Below are positions 8,838 to 19,364 of a DNA stretch of 64,000 bases, piece after piece (position 1 is the first letter of the stretch; each line of letters starts with the position of its first letter). The stretch spans positions 1-64,000 of the IMG/VR virus record IMGVR_UViG_3300032138_000006. One strand, written 5' to 3'. The stretch is from a virus. Taxonomy: Duplodnaviria > Caudoviricetes. The notes under the pieces were generated by a model. That model searched no databases, was not told the DNA's origin, and worked only from the letters and a program-made list of their open reading frames with translations. Made by a program: the position numbers and the translations under genes.

Positions 8838-11800
8838 ATGGCTACAGAATATGGTAGATATACTATCGGGGTTGAAACAAATCACAGCGATTCAAACGCT
8901 GACCCCAGTGCGACGTCCGGAGAGGCGTCCATCTTTGTCTCAGGCTCAGGCACTGCGGCAAAATTTTATCAGGTTGACGGTAACGGAGATAAGGGTACGG
9001 TTTTAACAACCAACTTGGTTTCCGGTGACGCAACCATGAGCGCCGCAGGCGCTCTGACAATCGCAAATGACGCAGTTGAGAGCGGAATGCTCAACGACAA
9101 CGTTATTTCCGGTCAATCAGCCCTCGGCAGCGCTGCTGTCGCACAGGGCGATGAGTTACTCTTTTCTGATGGTGGAACTGTCAAGAAGGTGACTTTTTCA
9201 AACTTCGAAGACTCAATCTTCGGAAATGTAAGTGGCGATGCCACAATCGCTGCTGGTGGTGCTTTAACTATCGCAGCACAGGCTGTTGAAAACAGCATGC
9301 TTGCAGATGACGCTGTTGGCGCCGACGAGTTGGCTGCTAATGCCGTTGTCGAAGCTAGCATTGTCGACAATGCAGTCACTTTGGCTAAGATGGCTGGACT
9401 TGCAAGAGGTAAGTTCATCTATGGTGACGCCAGTGGCGACCCAGCGGCTTTAGCTGCTGGTGCCAATGGAAAGATTCTCGTTGCTGATGCAAACGGAGAT
9501 CCTTCTTGGACAACTTTGAGTGGCGATGCCACTTTAAGCGCAGGAGCTATCACCATCGCCGCAGGCGCTGTTGAAGGCTCAATGCTTGCAGACGATTGCA
9601 TTAGCGCTCAATCAAATCTCGGCGGCACAGGTGTCGCTGACGCTGATGAGTTCATGCTTTCTGATGGGGGTACGCTTAAAGCCTTGACGGGTGCTAACCT
9701 TTATGGTTGGGTATTCAGCAAGGTTTCCGGCGATGCCACTGTTGCTGCTGGTGGTGGTCTTACCATCGCAAACGATGCGGTTGAGAACGCAATGATTGCG
9801 GATAACGCAGTTGATGACACTCACATCCGTCTTCGCAACAATCAGGCTTTGAACTCACGCAACGCCGCCGACGACGGCGACGTGGATATGATCAAGGTGC
9901 TGAGCAATAATGGCGTTCAGGTAGGAGCGGGTGGTTCGGCTACGTTCATACTCAACGCTCCAACCCCATTTGTGACTGCTTCAAATCCAGCCTTTTACCT
10001 TTCGTCATCGCAGATGTCGAACTCCAATGGTCATCGTTATTCGACCTTTGGTTTCAAGGGCACAAAGGCTGATGGAGAAAATTGCACCATGGTGCAGCTT
10101 CAAGGTGCGCACTATGGAACAGGTGACGATTTCAAAGGTCAGTTTGCTATCAAAGTTAATGATGGCGACGATGCCGCCAGTGGTCTCGGTACCGCGTTTC
10201 ACATTGATGCTGACAAGAAGTCCACGTTCTACGGTGACGTCGTTATGGGCGGCACCACTCCATCACTCACCATTGGTGATGCTGGAGCAGAAGACACCAT
10301 GTTGGTGTTTGATGGGAATGCACAGGATTATCGTATCGGTCTTGATGACGGAACAGATGTCCTAGAGTTTGGTGTTGGTTCTGCCCACGGCACAACCACA
10401 TCGCTCAAAATGGACTCCAGCCTGAACGTTGACGTTGCTGGTCACAATGGCTCTGTTGGTCTCAAGCTTGGAGGAACTTTGGTTTCTGCAACTGCGGCTG
10501 AACTCAACTATGTTGATATCGCCACGCTCGGTACCGCTGCTGCCTCTAAAGCTCTTACTATTAAGGGCGATAGCACTTGGACAGTTGCTGGTATGACTTG
10601 TGCCGATATCGGTACTATCACTACGGCTGATATCAATGGTGGTAACATTGACGGCACTACTATCGGCGCAACCGGGGTTGCCGCTGGTTCTTTTGCCGCC
10701 GTCGTGGGTACCACTGGTACTTACAGCGGTATTCTTAAGACTGATGATACCACTGAAGCCACTTCTACCACAGACGGTTCTTTACAGACTGACGGTGGTT
10801 TGAGTGTCGTTAAAAGTGCTGTTATTGGTGACGATCTTGACCTCTTGTCCGATGCTGCAATCATGAGCTTTGGCGCTGGCAAAGACGTTACCTTTACACA
10901 TGATGGTGGCACCGGTATGGATATTGTTTCCGCAGGTGCTCTGGATGTTTCGTCCACTGGTGGCAGTGCCACGTTCACAGTTGCTGACGGTCAGACACTT
11001 ACATTAGGTAAATCTGGAGCCTCCGCTCTGTTACTTTCGCCTCACGGAACTGCGGGCAGCGAGCTTGCTTCGTTGACGAACACCGCTGGTACTACTGATG
11101 GTACTGACGGCGCTGGCGCGATCTTGTTAGACGCACAGGCTGGCGGTATTGGTCTCGCATGGGCTGATGCTAAAGATCTCTGGGCAGAAGGTGGTAGGTT
11201 TGTTGTTACAGCCAACGAAGATGCTGCGGATGCTATCAAGCTTCACGCAGACGCTGGCACGTCACAAACAATTACATTGGTAAATGACGCTGGTACTTCG
11301 GTAACAGAAGGTTCTGCGGCGATCCAACTTACAGCAACCGCTGGTGGTATCAACATCAAAGGTAATAAAGATGCTGCTGATGCTATCTTATTAACATCGG
11401 ATGGTGGTACATCGGGCGCGATCAAGGTTCACAATGACCAAGGTACTGCTGCGACGTCTATTGAATTGATTTCCGACGCTGGAGGTGTTTCCATTTTAGC
11501 TGGTAATACAACACATGGTGTTAAAATTGCCACGGGAACTTCTGGTGTCCCAGTTACAATTGGTCACGGTACTTCTGAGGTAACTGTTGCTGACAACTTG
11601 ACTGTTTCTGGTAACTTGACGGTTACTGGTACAACGATCACAGACTCGGTAGAAGTTATTTCTACATCGAGTGGTGTTCTGTTTGAGGGTGGCACTGATG
11701 ACGGTCACGAGGGTACCTTGATCTCTGCTGTTGCAGGGGCTGATGTAACCTACACGTTGCCGAACTTGACCGGTCACATTCCTTTGTTGGCTGGAGCAGC

Positions 11801-13004
11801 TTCAAACGCTAATGTAACTGCTGCGGAGTTCCACCTTCTTGATGGTGGCTCTTCAGTGGCAACTGTCACTGTTGCTGATGGGGACGGAGTTCTCTTCAAC
11901 GACGCCGGTACCATGAAGCAGGTGACTGTTCAGTCTCTTGCTGCGTACTTTGATGACGAAATCACCGCAATGCCCAACTTGGTAACAGTTGGGACTATTG
12001 GTAGTGGTGTATGGAACGCAGGCGCGGTTACTTCCTCTGGAAGAATCGTATCTGATAACAACACTGAAGCTACTTCCACCACAGATGGTTCAATCCAGAC
12101 TGACGGTGGTATCTCTTCTGCAAAGAGCATTGTTTGTGGCGATGACTTGGATCTCTTGTCTGACGGCGCAATCTTGAATTTCGGTGCCAATCAAGACGTT
12201 TCTTTGACTCACGTTCACGATGATGGACTTCTTTTGAATAGTTCAAGAGAACTTCAGTTCGGTGATAATGGTACTTTCATTTGCCAGTCTTCTGACGGTA
12301 TTTTGAAGGTCGAGGCTGATAGCTCAATCGCTCTTACGGCGCCAGATGTTCTCATCTCCAGTTCCACAAGTGATAAGCCACAGCTTGAGCTTCGCTGCAC
12401 CAACGCTGATGCTAACCCCGGAACCTTGCTCTTCCGACACGACAGTGCTTCGCCTGCCGATGACGATGAGCTTGGCGAGATTGTATTCAACGGCGACGAT
12501 GATGGTGGCAACGACACCATGTTCGCCAAGATTGCTTGTTTCGCTTCGGACGTATCCAATGGTTCCGAAGACGGTGCTCTTGAATTTAAGTATCGCGGCG
12601 CAGGCGCAATCAAAGAGTGGACGCTTGGTGATGGCGCAGGGCTCGTTGGTCCTAACGACAGCACCTACGGTACTGTCAAGGCTCACTCCTTCGTAACCTA
12701 CTCTGATGAAAGCTTGAAGACCGATTTCAAAGCTCTTGACAATCCACTGGAAATGGTCAAGAAACTGAATGGTCTTAACTACACTTGGAAGTCTGATGGC
12801 TCCAAGGACATTGGTTTCATCGCTCAGGAAGTTGAGAAGGTTGTTCCAGAAGTTGTTTACAGCACAAACGGTAAAGCCGGTAGTTATGGTCTGGATTACT
12901 CCAGCTTGACTGCTCTTCTTACCGAGGCTATCAAACAACAAGACAGCGAAATTACTGCTCTTAAAGCCACGCTCGCCAAAGTGCTTGCTAAACTTGACAA
13001 GTAA
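8838..13004 (+). CDS. Long repetitive fibre protein (1388 aa) with C-terminal S74 chaperone
   Basis: Gly/Ala/Thr/Asp-rich with repeated VSGDAT..AGGALTIA..AVE..M; C-terminus TYSDESLK...YTWK...IGFIAQEVEKVVPEVV...LDYS.L. Confidence 0.85.
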   Translation: MATEYGRYTIGVETNHSDSNADPSATSGEASIFVSGSGTAAKFYQVDGNGDKGTVLTTNLVSGDATMSAAGALTIANDAVESGMLNDNVISGQSALGSAAVAQGDELLFSDGGTVKKVTFSNFEDSIFGNVSGDATIAAGGALTIAAQAVENSMLADDAVGADELAANAVVEASIVDNAVTLAKMAGLARGKFIYGDASGDPAALAAGANGKILVADANGDPSWTTLSGDATLSAGAITIAAGAVEGSMLADDCISAQSNLGGTGVADADEFMLSDGGTLKALTGANLYGWVFSKVSGDATVAAGGGLTIANDAVENAMIADNAVDDTHIRLRNNQALNSRNAADDGDVDMIKVLSNNGVQVGAGGSATFILNAPTPFVTASNPAFYLSSSQMSNSNGHRYSTFGFKGTKADGENCTMVQLQGAHYGTGDDFKGQFAIKVNDGDDAASGLGTAFHIDADKKSTFYGDVVMGGTTPSLTIGDAGAEDTMLVFDGNAQDYRIGLDDGTDVLEFGVGSAHGTTTSLKMDSSLNVDVAGHNGSVGLKLGGTLVSATAAELNYVDIATLGTAAASKALTIKGDSTWTVAGMTCADIGTITTADINGGNIDGTTIGATGVAAGSFAAVVGTTGTYSGILKTDDTTEATSTTDGSLQTDGGLSVVKSAVIGDDLDLLSDAAIMSFGAGKDVTFTHDGGTGMDIVSAGALDVSSTGGSATFTVADGQTLTLGKSGASALLLSPHGTAGSELASLTNTAGTTDGTDGAGAILLDAQAGGIGLAWADAKDLWAEGGRFVVTANEDAADAIKLHADAGTSQTITLVNDAGTSVTEGSAAIQLTATAGGINIKGNKDAADAILLTSDGGTSGAIKVHNDQGTAATSIELISDAGGVSILAGNTTHGVKIATGTSGVPVTIGHGTSEVTVADNLTVSGNLTVTGTTITDSVEVISTSSGVLFEGGTDDGHEGTLISAVAGADVTYTLPNLTGHIPLLAGAASNANVTAAEFHLLDGGSSVATVTVADGDGVLFNDAGTMKQVTVQSLAAYFDDEITAMPNLVTVGTIGSGVWNAGAVTSSGRIVSDNNTEATSTTDGSIQTDGGISSAKSIVCGDDLDLLSDGAILNFGANQDVSLTHVHDDGLLLNSSRELQFGDNGTFICQSSDGILKVEADSSIALTAPDVLISSSTSDKPQLELRCTNADANPGTLLFRHDSASPADDDELGEIVFNGDDDGGNDTMFAKIACFASDVSNGSEDGALEFKYRGAGAIKEWTLGDGAGLVGPNDSTYGTVKAHSFVTYSDESLKTDFKALDNPLEMVKKLNGLNYTWKSDGSKDIGFIAQEVEKVVPEVVYSTNGKAGSYGLDYSSLTALLTEAIKQQDSEITALKATLAKVLAKLDK

Positions 13005-13037
13005 GATTTCAATATCTTAAAAAATCATTTTGATTTT

Positions 13038-13071
13038 GCCCGCCCAGTCCTTGCGATTGGGCGGGCTTTTT
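13038..13071 (+). terminator. Rho-independent terminator
   Basis: GCCCGCCCAGTC-CTTGC-GATTGGGCGGGC followed by a T tract. Confidence 0.85.
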
Positions 13072-13128
13072 ATTTCTTTTTACTATAAAAAACCCTACTT
13101 ATAATGTATACTACGTTTGAGGTGAATT

Positions 13129-13632
13129 ATGGCAATAGGTGATACAAGTCCTTCAACATATAGGACAGTTTCTGGAATCGGTCACGTTGGTGCTTACCAA
13201 GTATCCGGACGACCGTGGATGACAGGCTCTCAGATTGAACCTTCGGGCACAATCACTGTAGAGTTTCCAAGTGTGACAAAAAACTTCACAGTTGTTAGCA
13301 CCAAGCACAGTGCAGGCGAAATCCCATCCACCATTCATACAGGCTCGCTGGCAGTTTATTTTGGACCAACGCCCGGAGTCACTTGGAATGGTACAAACAT
13401 TGATCAAATAGAAAAGAATCATTATGTGATGCTTGATGGTCCAGACGATGCGTATACATTTGAAACAAAGACGGATAAAGTACACATCACTTGTTTGGGT
13501 TATGGAAACTTTTCTGGAGGGAATCCAACTCAAGCAAATGGCGTTAAAGGCTCCTTTTTTATCATTGCAGAGCTTACTGGAATTCCTACAGACAGCATGT
13601 ACCCACTTACGGGCTCCGGAATTGATGAATAA
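13129..13632 (+). CDS. Hypothetical virion protein (beta-rich)
   Basis: GAGGTG SD; late motif at 13094; lies between the fibre and scaffold genes. Confidence 0.7.
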   Translation: MAIGDTSPSTYRTVSGIGHVGAYQVSGRPWMTGSQIEPSGTITVEFPSVTKNFTVVSTKHSAGEIPSTIHTGSLAVYFGPTPGVTWNGTNIDQIEKNHYVMLDGPDDAYTFETKTDKVHITCLGYGNFSGGNPTQANGVKGSFFIIAELTGIPTDSMYPLTGSGIDE

Positions 13633-13706
13633 AGGGTTTTTTATCATAAACCGTACTATTTATTTGTGATAAAAAGTAATCTTTTATTTTTTTTAGGAGC
13701 AGATAA

Positions 13707-14690
13707 ATGTCTAAGATGTTACAAGAAGCAATTGTCGACGCCGAGGCGCTAAAAGAAGCAGCCTTCCGCAATGCGGAACAGGCAATCATTGAAAAATATG
13801 AATCAGAAATTAAAGACGCGGTGACGTCGCTTTTGGAGCAACCAGAGGATGACCCGCTAGCGATGGACGATCCCATGGGGCTTGGCGGCGAAGAAGACAG
13901 TCATGAAGAACTCGCGCAGGAGCTACCCAGCGCCGCCACAGACGGCGAAGAGCTTTGCCCCTGTCCAGAAGCCGACGAGCCCGTGGAAGTTGACTTAGAT
14001 CAGCTTATCGCAGCAGCAGACGCCTCCGAAGAAGAGGACAGTCTAGCCGCACAGAGTATGGGTCTTCCGGGCGACTTAGCTCTAGAAGAAAAGGTCGACT
14101 TCAGTGAAGACCTGCTCGCCAAGATCGTAGAAGAACTAACTGTTGATGTTTCCCCCCAGTCCGATGGTTGGGCAGGCGCAACTTCCGATCAGGTAGAAGA
14201 GGCAGAGGAACAGGCAGTAGCCGAAGAGCAAGATACAGAGATTTCCGAGGAAAACGAGGAACTCAGAAAGAACATTAAAGATCTTGAAGAGAAGTTGGCA
14301 AGAACCAACAAGAGATTCAAGACTCTTAAAGAAGAAAAGAACAAAATTAAAAATATCACTCTGAAGATGCGCAATCATGTTGATAGCGTTAACCTTCAGA
14401 ATGCTAAACTACTCTACACAAATCGTGTTTTGACTAGCGCCTCCCTGAATGAGCGGCAAAAAATTAAAATTGCTGAGGCTATTTCAAGTGCGAATTCCGT
14501 AGATGAAGCGAAGACGATCTTTGAGACACTTCGAAGCGCAGTGGGGACTTCTTCTGGTAAGAATCCCAAATCATTGAGCGAGGTTGTGGAACGACGTACT
14601 TCAATTTTGCCTCGGGCAACCAAGGCAAAAAAAGCATCCGATCCGGCAGCGGAAAGGATGAGAATTCTAGCAGGAATTTCTAAGAAATAA
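13707..14690 (+). CDS. Prohead scaffold/core protein (gp22-like)
   Basis: Very acidic, long coiled coil, many L-x-E sites, directly upstream of the major capsid gene, ends RMRILAGI. Confidence 0.75.
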   Translation: MSKMLQEAIVDAEALKEAAFRNAEQAIIEKYESEIKDAVTSLLEQPEDDPLAMDDPMGLGGEEDSHEELAQELPSAATDGEELCPCPEADEPVEVDLDQLIAAADASEEEDSLAAQSMGLPGDLALEEKVDFSEDLLAKIVEELTVDVSPQSDGWAGATSDQVEEAEEQAVAEEQDTEISEENEELRKNIKDLEEKLARTNKRFKTLKEEKNKIKNITLKMRNHVDSVNLQNAKLLYTNRVLTSASLNERQKIKIAEAISSANSVDEAKTIFETLRSAVGTSSGKNPKSLSEVVERRTSILPRATKAKKASDPAAERMRILAGISKK

Positions 14691-14716
14691 AACAATTAAT
14701 AAGGGAGGACAATAAA

Positions 14717-16561
14717 ATGTCTGTTTTAGAAAAACTTACAGAAGGTATTGTTAACCGTTCCCTCGCCAAAGATGGTCAGGCTCTTCTCACAAAGTGGGAA
14801 AACACTGGTCTTTTGGAGGGATTGGATAACGACAATACCAAGAATAGTATGGCTTGTCTCCTAGAGAACCAAGCCAAGGAGCTTCTCCGAGAAGCTTCAG
14901 CCATGTCACAAGGTGACGTGGAAGGGTTCGCAGCAGTTGCGTTCCCAATCGTCCGTCGTGTATTCGGTGGACTTATTGCTAACGACCTCGTTAGCGTTCA
15001 GCCTATGAGCTTACCCTCTGGTCTGATCTTTTTCCTTGACTTCCAGCACACGGATACGAAGGCAAACGTTGGTGCTACCGCACGCACAACTTCCGTATAC
15101 GGTGGTAGTGTTGTAGGTAGCAACATCTCTAAGGGTGTTGGCGATCTCACCGGAACTGGGTACTACGACCTTCAGGGAGGCTATGCTTCTCCGACAGGTT
15201 CAATCACTCTTCCGGCTGCGGATTCTGCGGCAAGCACTTTTGCGCTCATTGCGGATAACCTCGCTGATGGGGCTCCCGCTTGGTCGACTGTTGCCACGGC
15301 TTTCACAGCTTTCAATGGCGTCGCAGTTCAGATTGATGCTTTGAGTCAGCAGCAGAAGGCTGCGCTTAGATGGGATCCGGATCTCCTCGCTGGTGGACCT
15401 AACAACCTAACCACTGATGATGTGGTGGAGCTTGTTATGAAGGTCAACAAGGCTGATGCTGATAAGATGAATTTCAACAACATGGGCGCCTTTAACCTTA
15501 CGGGTCTTCACGCTGATGTTGATGGAGTTCTTCGCAGATTAACACACCTTGGAACCAAGGGAACAGATGGTACCACAATTGCAAATAATGACCCAACTGC
15601 GACTACTGTCGGTATTACTTTCTATCTTGTTGGTACGGGCTTGACACATGGCAACGCAGATGCTGGTACTCCGGTATTGACTTACCCAGCCAAGGATGGC
15701 TTCACTGCTGGCGGTGCTAATGGTTCCGTCGTCGGTACCACCCCGTGGGGTCTTGAGACAACTGCCGATTCCAATCTGGACTTGGCTGGTGCGAACCTCG
15801 ACATCCCTGAGATCGACATCAAGGTAGACAGCATCGCTGTGACTGCCGTGACGAAGAAGCTCAAGGCTAAGTGGACACCGGAATTGGGACAGGATCTCAA
15901 TGCCTACCACAACCTTGACGCTGAGGTTGAGTTGACTGGTATTCTCTCCGAGCAGATTGCTCTTGAGATTGATCAGGAGATTCTCAATGATCTCATTCAG
16001 GGTGCCACGGCTGGTACGCTCTATTGGAGCCGCCGCCCCGGTCAGTTCCTCGATCCGGAGAAGGGTACTAGCATCACAAGTGCTACCGCTCCTCCAGACT
16101 TCACCGGAACTGTTTCTGAGTGGTATGAGACGCTTGTTGAGACAATCAACGACGTTTCCGCTCGCATTCACCGCAAGACTCTTCGTGGTGGGGCTAACTT
16201 CCTCGTTTGTGGACCCGAGGTCGCAAACATTCTTGAATTCACCAGTGGCTTCCGCGCAAGCATTACCGCTGATGACGACAAGGGAACAGTTGGTGCAGTA
16301 AACGCTGGTTCAATCAGCAAGAAGTGGGATGTTTGGGTTGACCCATACTTCCCGCGTAACTTGGTCCTTGTTGGACGTAAGGGTGGTAGCTTCCTTGAGA
16401 GTGGCTACGTATACGCTCCTTATGTTCCTCTTCAGGTTACCCCGACCATCTTCGGTACCGAAGACTTCCTGCCTCGCAAGGGCGTGATGACTCGTTACGC
16501 GAAGAAGATGGTTCGCCCCGACATGTATGGTCTTGTCGTGGTACGCGATCTGATTGGCTAA
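14717..16561 (+). CDS. Major capsid protein (T4 gp23 family) with large insertion
   Basis: LLENQ, P.VRR, VSVQPMSLPSGLIF, KLKAKWTPELGQDLNAYH, EIDQEI, GYVYAPYVPL, PRKGVMTRYA. Confidence 0.95.
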   Translation: MSVLEKLTEGIVNRSLAKDGQALLTKWENTGLLEGLDNDNTKNSMACLLENQAKELLREASAMSQGDVEGFAAVAFPIVRRVFGGLIANDLVSVQPMSLPSGLIFFLDFQHTDTKANVGATARTTSVYGGSVVGSNISKGVGDLTGTGYYDLQGGYASPTGSITLPAADSAASTFALIADNLADGAPAWSTVATAFTAFNGVAVQIDALSQQQKAALRWDPDLLAGGPNNLTTDDVVELVMKVNKADADKMNFNNMGAFNLTGLHADVDGVLRRLTHLGTKGTDGTTIANNDPTATTVGITFYLVGTGLTHGNADAGTPVLTYPAKDGFTAGGANGSVVGTTPWGLETTADSNLDLAGANLDIPEIDIKVDSIAVTAVTKKLKAKWTPELGQDLNAYHNLDAEVELTGILSEQIALEIDQEILNDLIQGATAGTLYWSRRPGQFLDPEKGTSITSATAPPDFTGTVSEWYETLVETINDVSARIHRKTLRGGANFLVCGPEVANILEFTSGFRASITADDDKGTVGAVNAGSISKKWDVWVDPYFPRNLVLVGRKGGSFLESGYVYAPYVPLQVTPTIFGTEDFLPRKGVMTRYAKKMVRPDMYGLVVVRDLIG

Positions 16562-16586
16562 TAACTGAGTTATTGCTTTTAATCGC

Positions 16587-16628
16587 AAAGCCCCGTGTTA
16601 GTTTCGACTGGCACGGGGCTTTTCTTTT
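16587..16628 (+). terminator. Rho-independent terminator with UUCG loop
   Basis: AAAGCCCCGTGTTAGT-TTCG-ACTGGCACGGGGCTTT then TCTTTT. Confidence 0.9.
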
Positions 16629-16665
16629 GTCCGAAAACTAATTACTCTCGGAGGATTTACGCACT

Positions 16666-17940
16666 ATGGCAGCACCTACTTTAACACCGACTTCTAGAAC
16701 AAGCGTTTCGAAATTATCAATCACTGGAAGCTTCGATGATGTCGCAACAAATCTACCGCTGGGCATCTACTCGGATTCTGATCCTTTTTTATCTGGAGCA
16801 TCCGATCAGGTTGCCTATGTGTTTAAAAAATTGGGCGGGGATATTCTTGATGTTGAGATCACAGATGGTCAAGTATATTCTGCTTATGAAGAAGCTACAT
16901 TAGAATATTCGTACCTTGTCAACATACATCAAGCGAAGAACATTCTTGGTAATGTCCTCGGCGGCACGACTGGTTCGTTTGATGAGGACGGACAGTTGAC
17001 CGATGGGCACGCTCTTGAAGGTAAAAACGTCAACCTCAGACTTCCACGCTTTGACTTTGCATATGCGCGAAAGGTCGCCGAGGGCATCTCGGCAGAAAAG
17101 GGTATGGGCACCAGTCAAATGTACTCCGCATCCTTTGCTTTGGAGGGCGGCATACAGGATTACGACTTACAGAAGATTATTTATTCTGCGTCCATCGATT
17201 CAGATAATAGTGATTACCCTTATTATAATAAAGTTGGGGTTAATAAAATTTCTATCTCAAAGGTTTATTATAAAACACCGGCTTCGACATGGCGTTTCTT
17301 CGGATATTATGGTGGCTTAAACACCGTAGGCAATTTGGGAACATATGGTCAATATGCAGATGATTCGACATTTCAGGTTGTGCCTGTGTGGCAGAATAAG
17401 GCGCAGGCAATTGCGTACGAAGATTCTGTTTATACTCGCAACTCCCACTGGTCATATGAATTAAGAAACAACACTGTACGAGTATTCCCAATCCCTCCAA
17501 CAGGCGGGGGCTATCCTTCAAAGTTGTGGGTGGAATTTCTAACCACAGGTACGGACACATGGGAAGAGCAAGCAGATCGCAAAGAGGGTGTTGAAGGTAT
17601 CAACAACATGAACACACTACCTTTTGAAAACATCCCCTATGCAAATATCAATGCGATTGGTAAACAGTGGATCCGCCGCTTTGCTTTGGCTTTATGTAAA
17701 GAAATGCTGGGGCATGTAAGAAGTAAGTTCGCCTCGATTCCGATCCCCGGCAATGACGTTTCGCTAAACGGCGGCGACTTGATAAGTCAAGGAAAAGAAG
17801 AACAAACCGCACTCAGGGATGAATTGAAAACAGTGTTGGATGAGATGACGTACGGAGAGCTAATGTCGGGTGACGCTGAAATGGTCGAGAATTCCAACAA
17901 GGTTCAGTCAAACGTTCCTATGTTGATTTACAGCGGATAG
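16666..17940 (+). CDS. Neck/head-tail adaptor (gp13-like)
   Basis: KKLGG..LDVEI near the N-terminus; WIRRFALALCKEMLG.VRSKF..IP...VSLNG near the C-terminus; follows the capsid gene. Confidence 0.7.
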   Translation: MAAPTLTPTSRTSVSKLSITGSFDDVATNLPLGIYSDSDPFLSGASDQVAYVFKKLGGDILDVEITDGQVYSAYEEATLEYSYLVNIHQAKNILGNVLGGTTGSFDEDGQLTDGHALEGKNVNLRLPRFDFAYARKVAEGISAEKGMGTSQMYSASFALEGGIQDYDLQKIIYSASIDSDNSDYPYYNKVGVNKISISKVYYKTPASTWRFFGYYGGLNTVGNLGTYGQYADDSTFQVVPVWQNKAQAIAYEDSVYTRNSHWSYELRNNTVRVFPIPPTGGGYPSKLWVEFLTTGTDTWEEQADRKEGVEGINNMNTLPFENIPYANINAIGKQWIRRFALALCKEMLGHVRSKFASIPIPGNDVSLNGGDLISQGKEEQTALRDELKTVLDEMTYGELMSGDAEMVENSNKVQSNVPMLIYSG

Positions 17941-17951
17941 GATTATAAAAA

Positions 17952-18440
17952 ATGGCAGATGAAAAATGGACACAGCCAGCCGCCCCTCCCCCCCCGTTGT
18001 TTACGGGAGAAAAGGAGCGGAATTTGGTAAAGCAAGTCAATGACGAATTAATTGAACGTGTCATTGGTCAGCAAATTGTGTACTATCCCATTAGCATAGA
18101 CCATACCAATTACCATCCTTTATATGGCGAAGCGATTAAGAAGTCTTTTCTTCCTCCCGTCCGTGTATATGCCTTGGTTGAGTGGGAGGGGAGCGACACT
18201 ACCACATCTAACCTCGGGATTGATAGAAAAGGCTCCATCACTGTGCACTTTCATAAGCGCCGCTTGGTGGAGGATCAGGATCTGTTTGTTCGTGAAGGAG
18301 ATTTTATTGCTTATGGTGGCAGGTTCTATGAAATTGTGTCGCTAGGCGAACCAAGAGAAATATTTGGACAACCTGAACATAAAATGGAAATTTTAGCTAA
18401 ATGCATTAGAGCGAGGGAGGGACTATTCAATGGGGAATAA
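17952..18440 (+). CDS. Neck/head-closure protein (gp14-like)
   Basis: ELIE..IGQ.IVYY, LYGEA, REGDFI motifs; gene position. Confidence 0.6.
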   Translation: MADEKWTQPAAPPPPLFTGEKERNLVKQVNDELIERVIGQQIVYYPISIDHTNYHPLYGEAIKKSFLPPVRVYALVEWEGSDTTTSNLGIDRKGSITVHFHKRRLVEDQDLFVREGDFIAYGGRFYEIVSLGEPREIFGQPEHKMEILAKCIRAREGLFNGE

Positions 18441-19293
18441 TGACGATCCAAAAACTAGAGAAATACCCTTTCAGCCATCCACTATCGAGACCATTGATTA
18501 TGCGGCTGCGAACTGGCTCAAAGAGATGCGAGTACATACGACGACAAACAAGGGCTTTAAGCAGGTACCTGTGCAATGGGTTGCTCCAGAGCGCTCATAC
18601 TCTGTTAAAAAAAACAAAGAGGTTCGTGATTCCGGAGGCGCTCTTATCTTGCCGATAATGACGATTGAAAGAACGGCAATGACAAAAGACGCAGCGAGAA
18701 AGGGAACAGCGTGGGCAAACATACCCGCTCAAGGAGACTATAGGGGCGGCTCGATTACTATTGCTAGAAGAATTGGGCAGTCAAAAACAGCCGCTTTTGC
18801 TGCGGCAGATGCAAAATATAAAAAAGGACAATTTAATTATCCAAGAAAAAATGGAAAAGTGGTATATGAAACTATATCAATACCGATGCCTGTTTATGTG
18901 GATGTGACCTATAAAATCAGCATTCGTGGAGAATATCAGCAGCAAATGAATGAAATAATGCAGCCGTTTATTACCAAGACTGGAGGAATTAATTATTTTA
19001 TTATTAAGCACGAACATCATACGTTCGAGGCTTTCATGCAATCCGATTTTGCACAGGAGAGCAACATTGCAGAAATTGGAGAAGAAGAGAAATATTATCA
19101 AACAACCTTTGATGTGAAAGTTTTGGGCTATCTTATTGGCGGCGACAAGAACCAAGAGCAGCCAAAAGCAGTGATAAGAGAGAATGCAGTCGACGTAAAA
19201 ATTGCCCGCGAGCGCGTAATTCTTGGTGACGAGCTTATCCATGCAGATATTAATAAAAATAATGCGGGTATAGATGGAAAGTATCGTGGCTAA
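18430..19293 (+). CDS. Tail completion/terminator protein (gp15-like)
   Basis: VPVQW, LPIMTIER, PVYVDVTY, QQQMNEIMQ.F; directly before the sheath gene. Confidence 0.6.
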   Translation: MGNNDDPKTREIPFQPSTIETIDYAAANWLKEMRVHTTTNKGFKQVPVQWVAPERSYSVKKNKEVRDSGGALILPIMTIERTAMTKDAARKGTAWANIPAQGDYRGGSITIARRIGQSKTAAFAAADAKYKKGQFNYPRKNGKVVYETISIPMPVYVDVTYKISIRGEYQQQMNEIMQPFITKTGGINYFIIKHEHHTFEAFMQSDFAQESNIAEIGEEEKYYQTTFDVKVLGYLIGGDKNQEQPKAVIRENAVDVKIARERVILGDELIHADINKNNAGIDGKYRG

Positions 19294-19364
19294 AATTAGG
19301 TTTTTCGTATTTTATACGACTATTTATTAGAGAAAATCTTTAAGTTTGAAGGAGAACACACATC

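Noticed and set aside
10745-12215. Diversity-generating retroelement TR/VR pair in the fibre repeats
   Set aside because: Differences are not adenine-specific, both copies are in-frame and internal, and there is no reverse transcriptase in the window.
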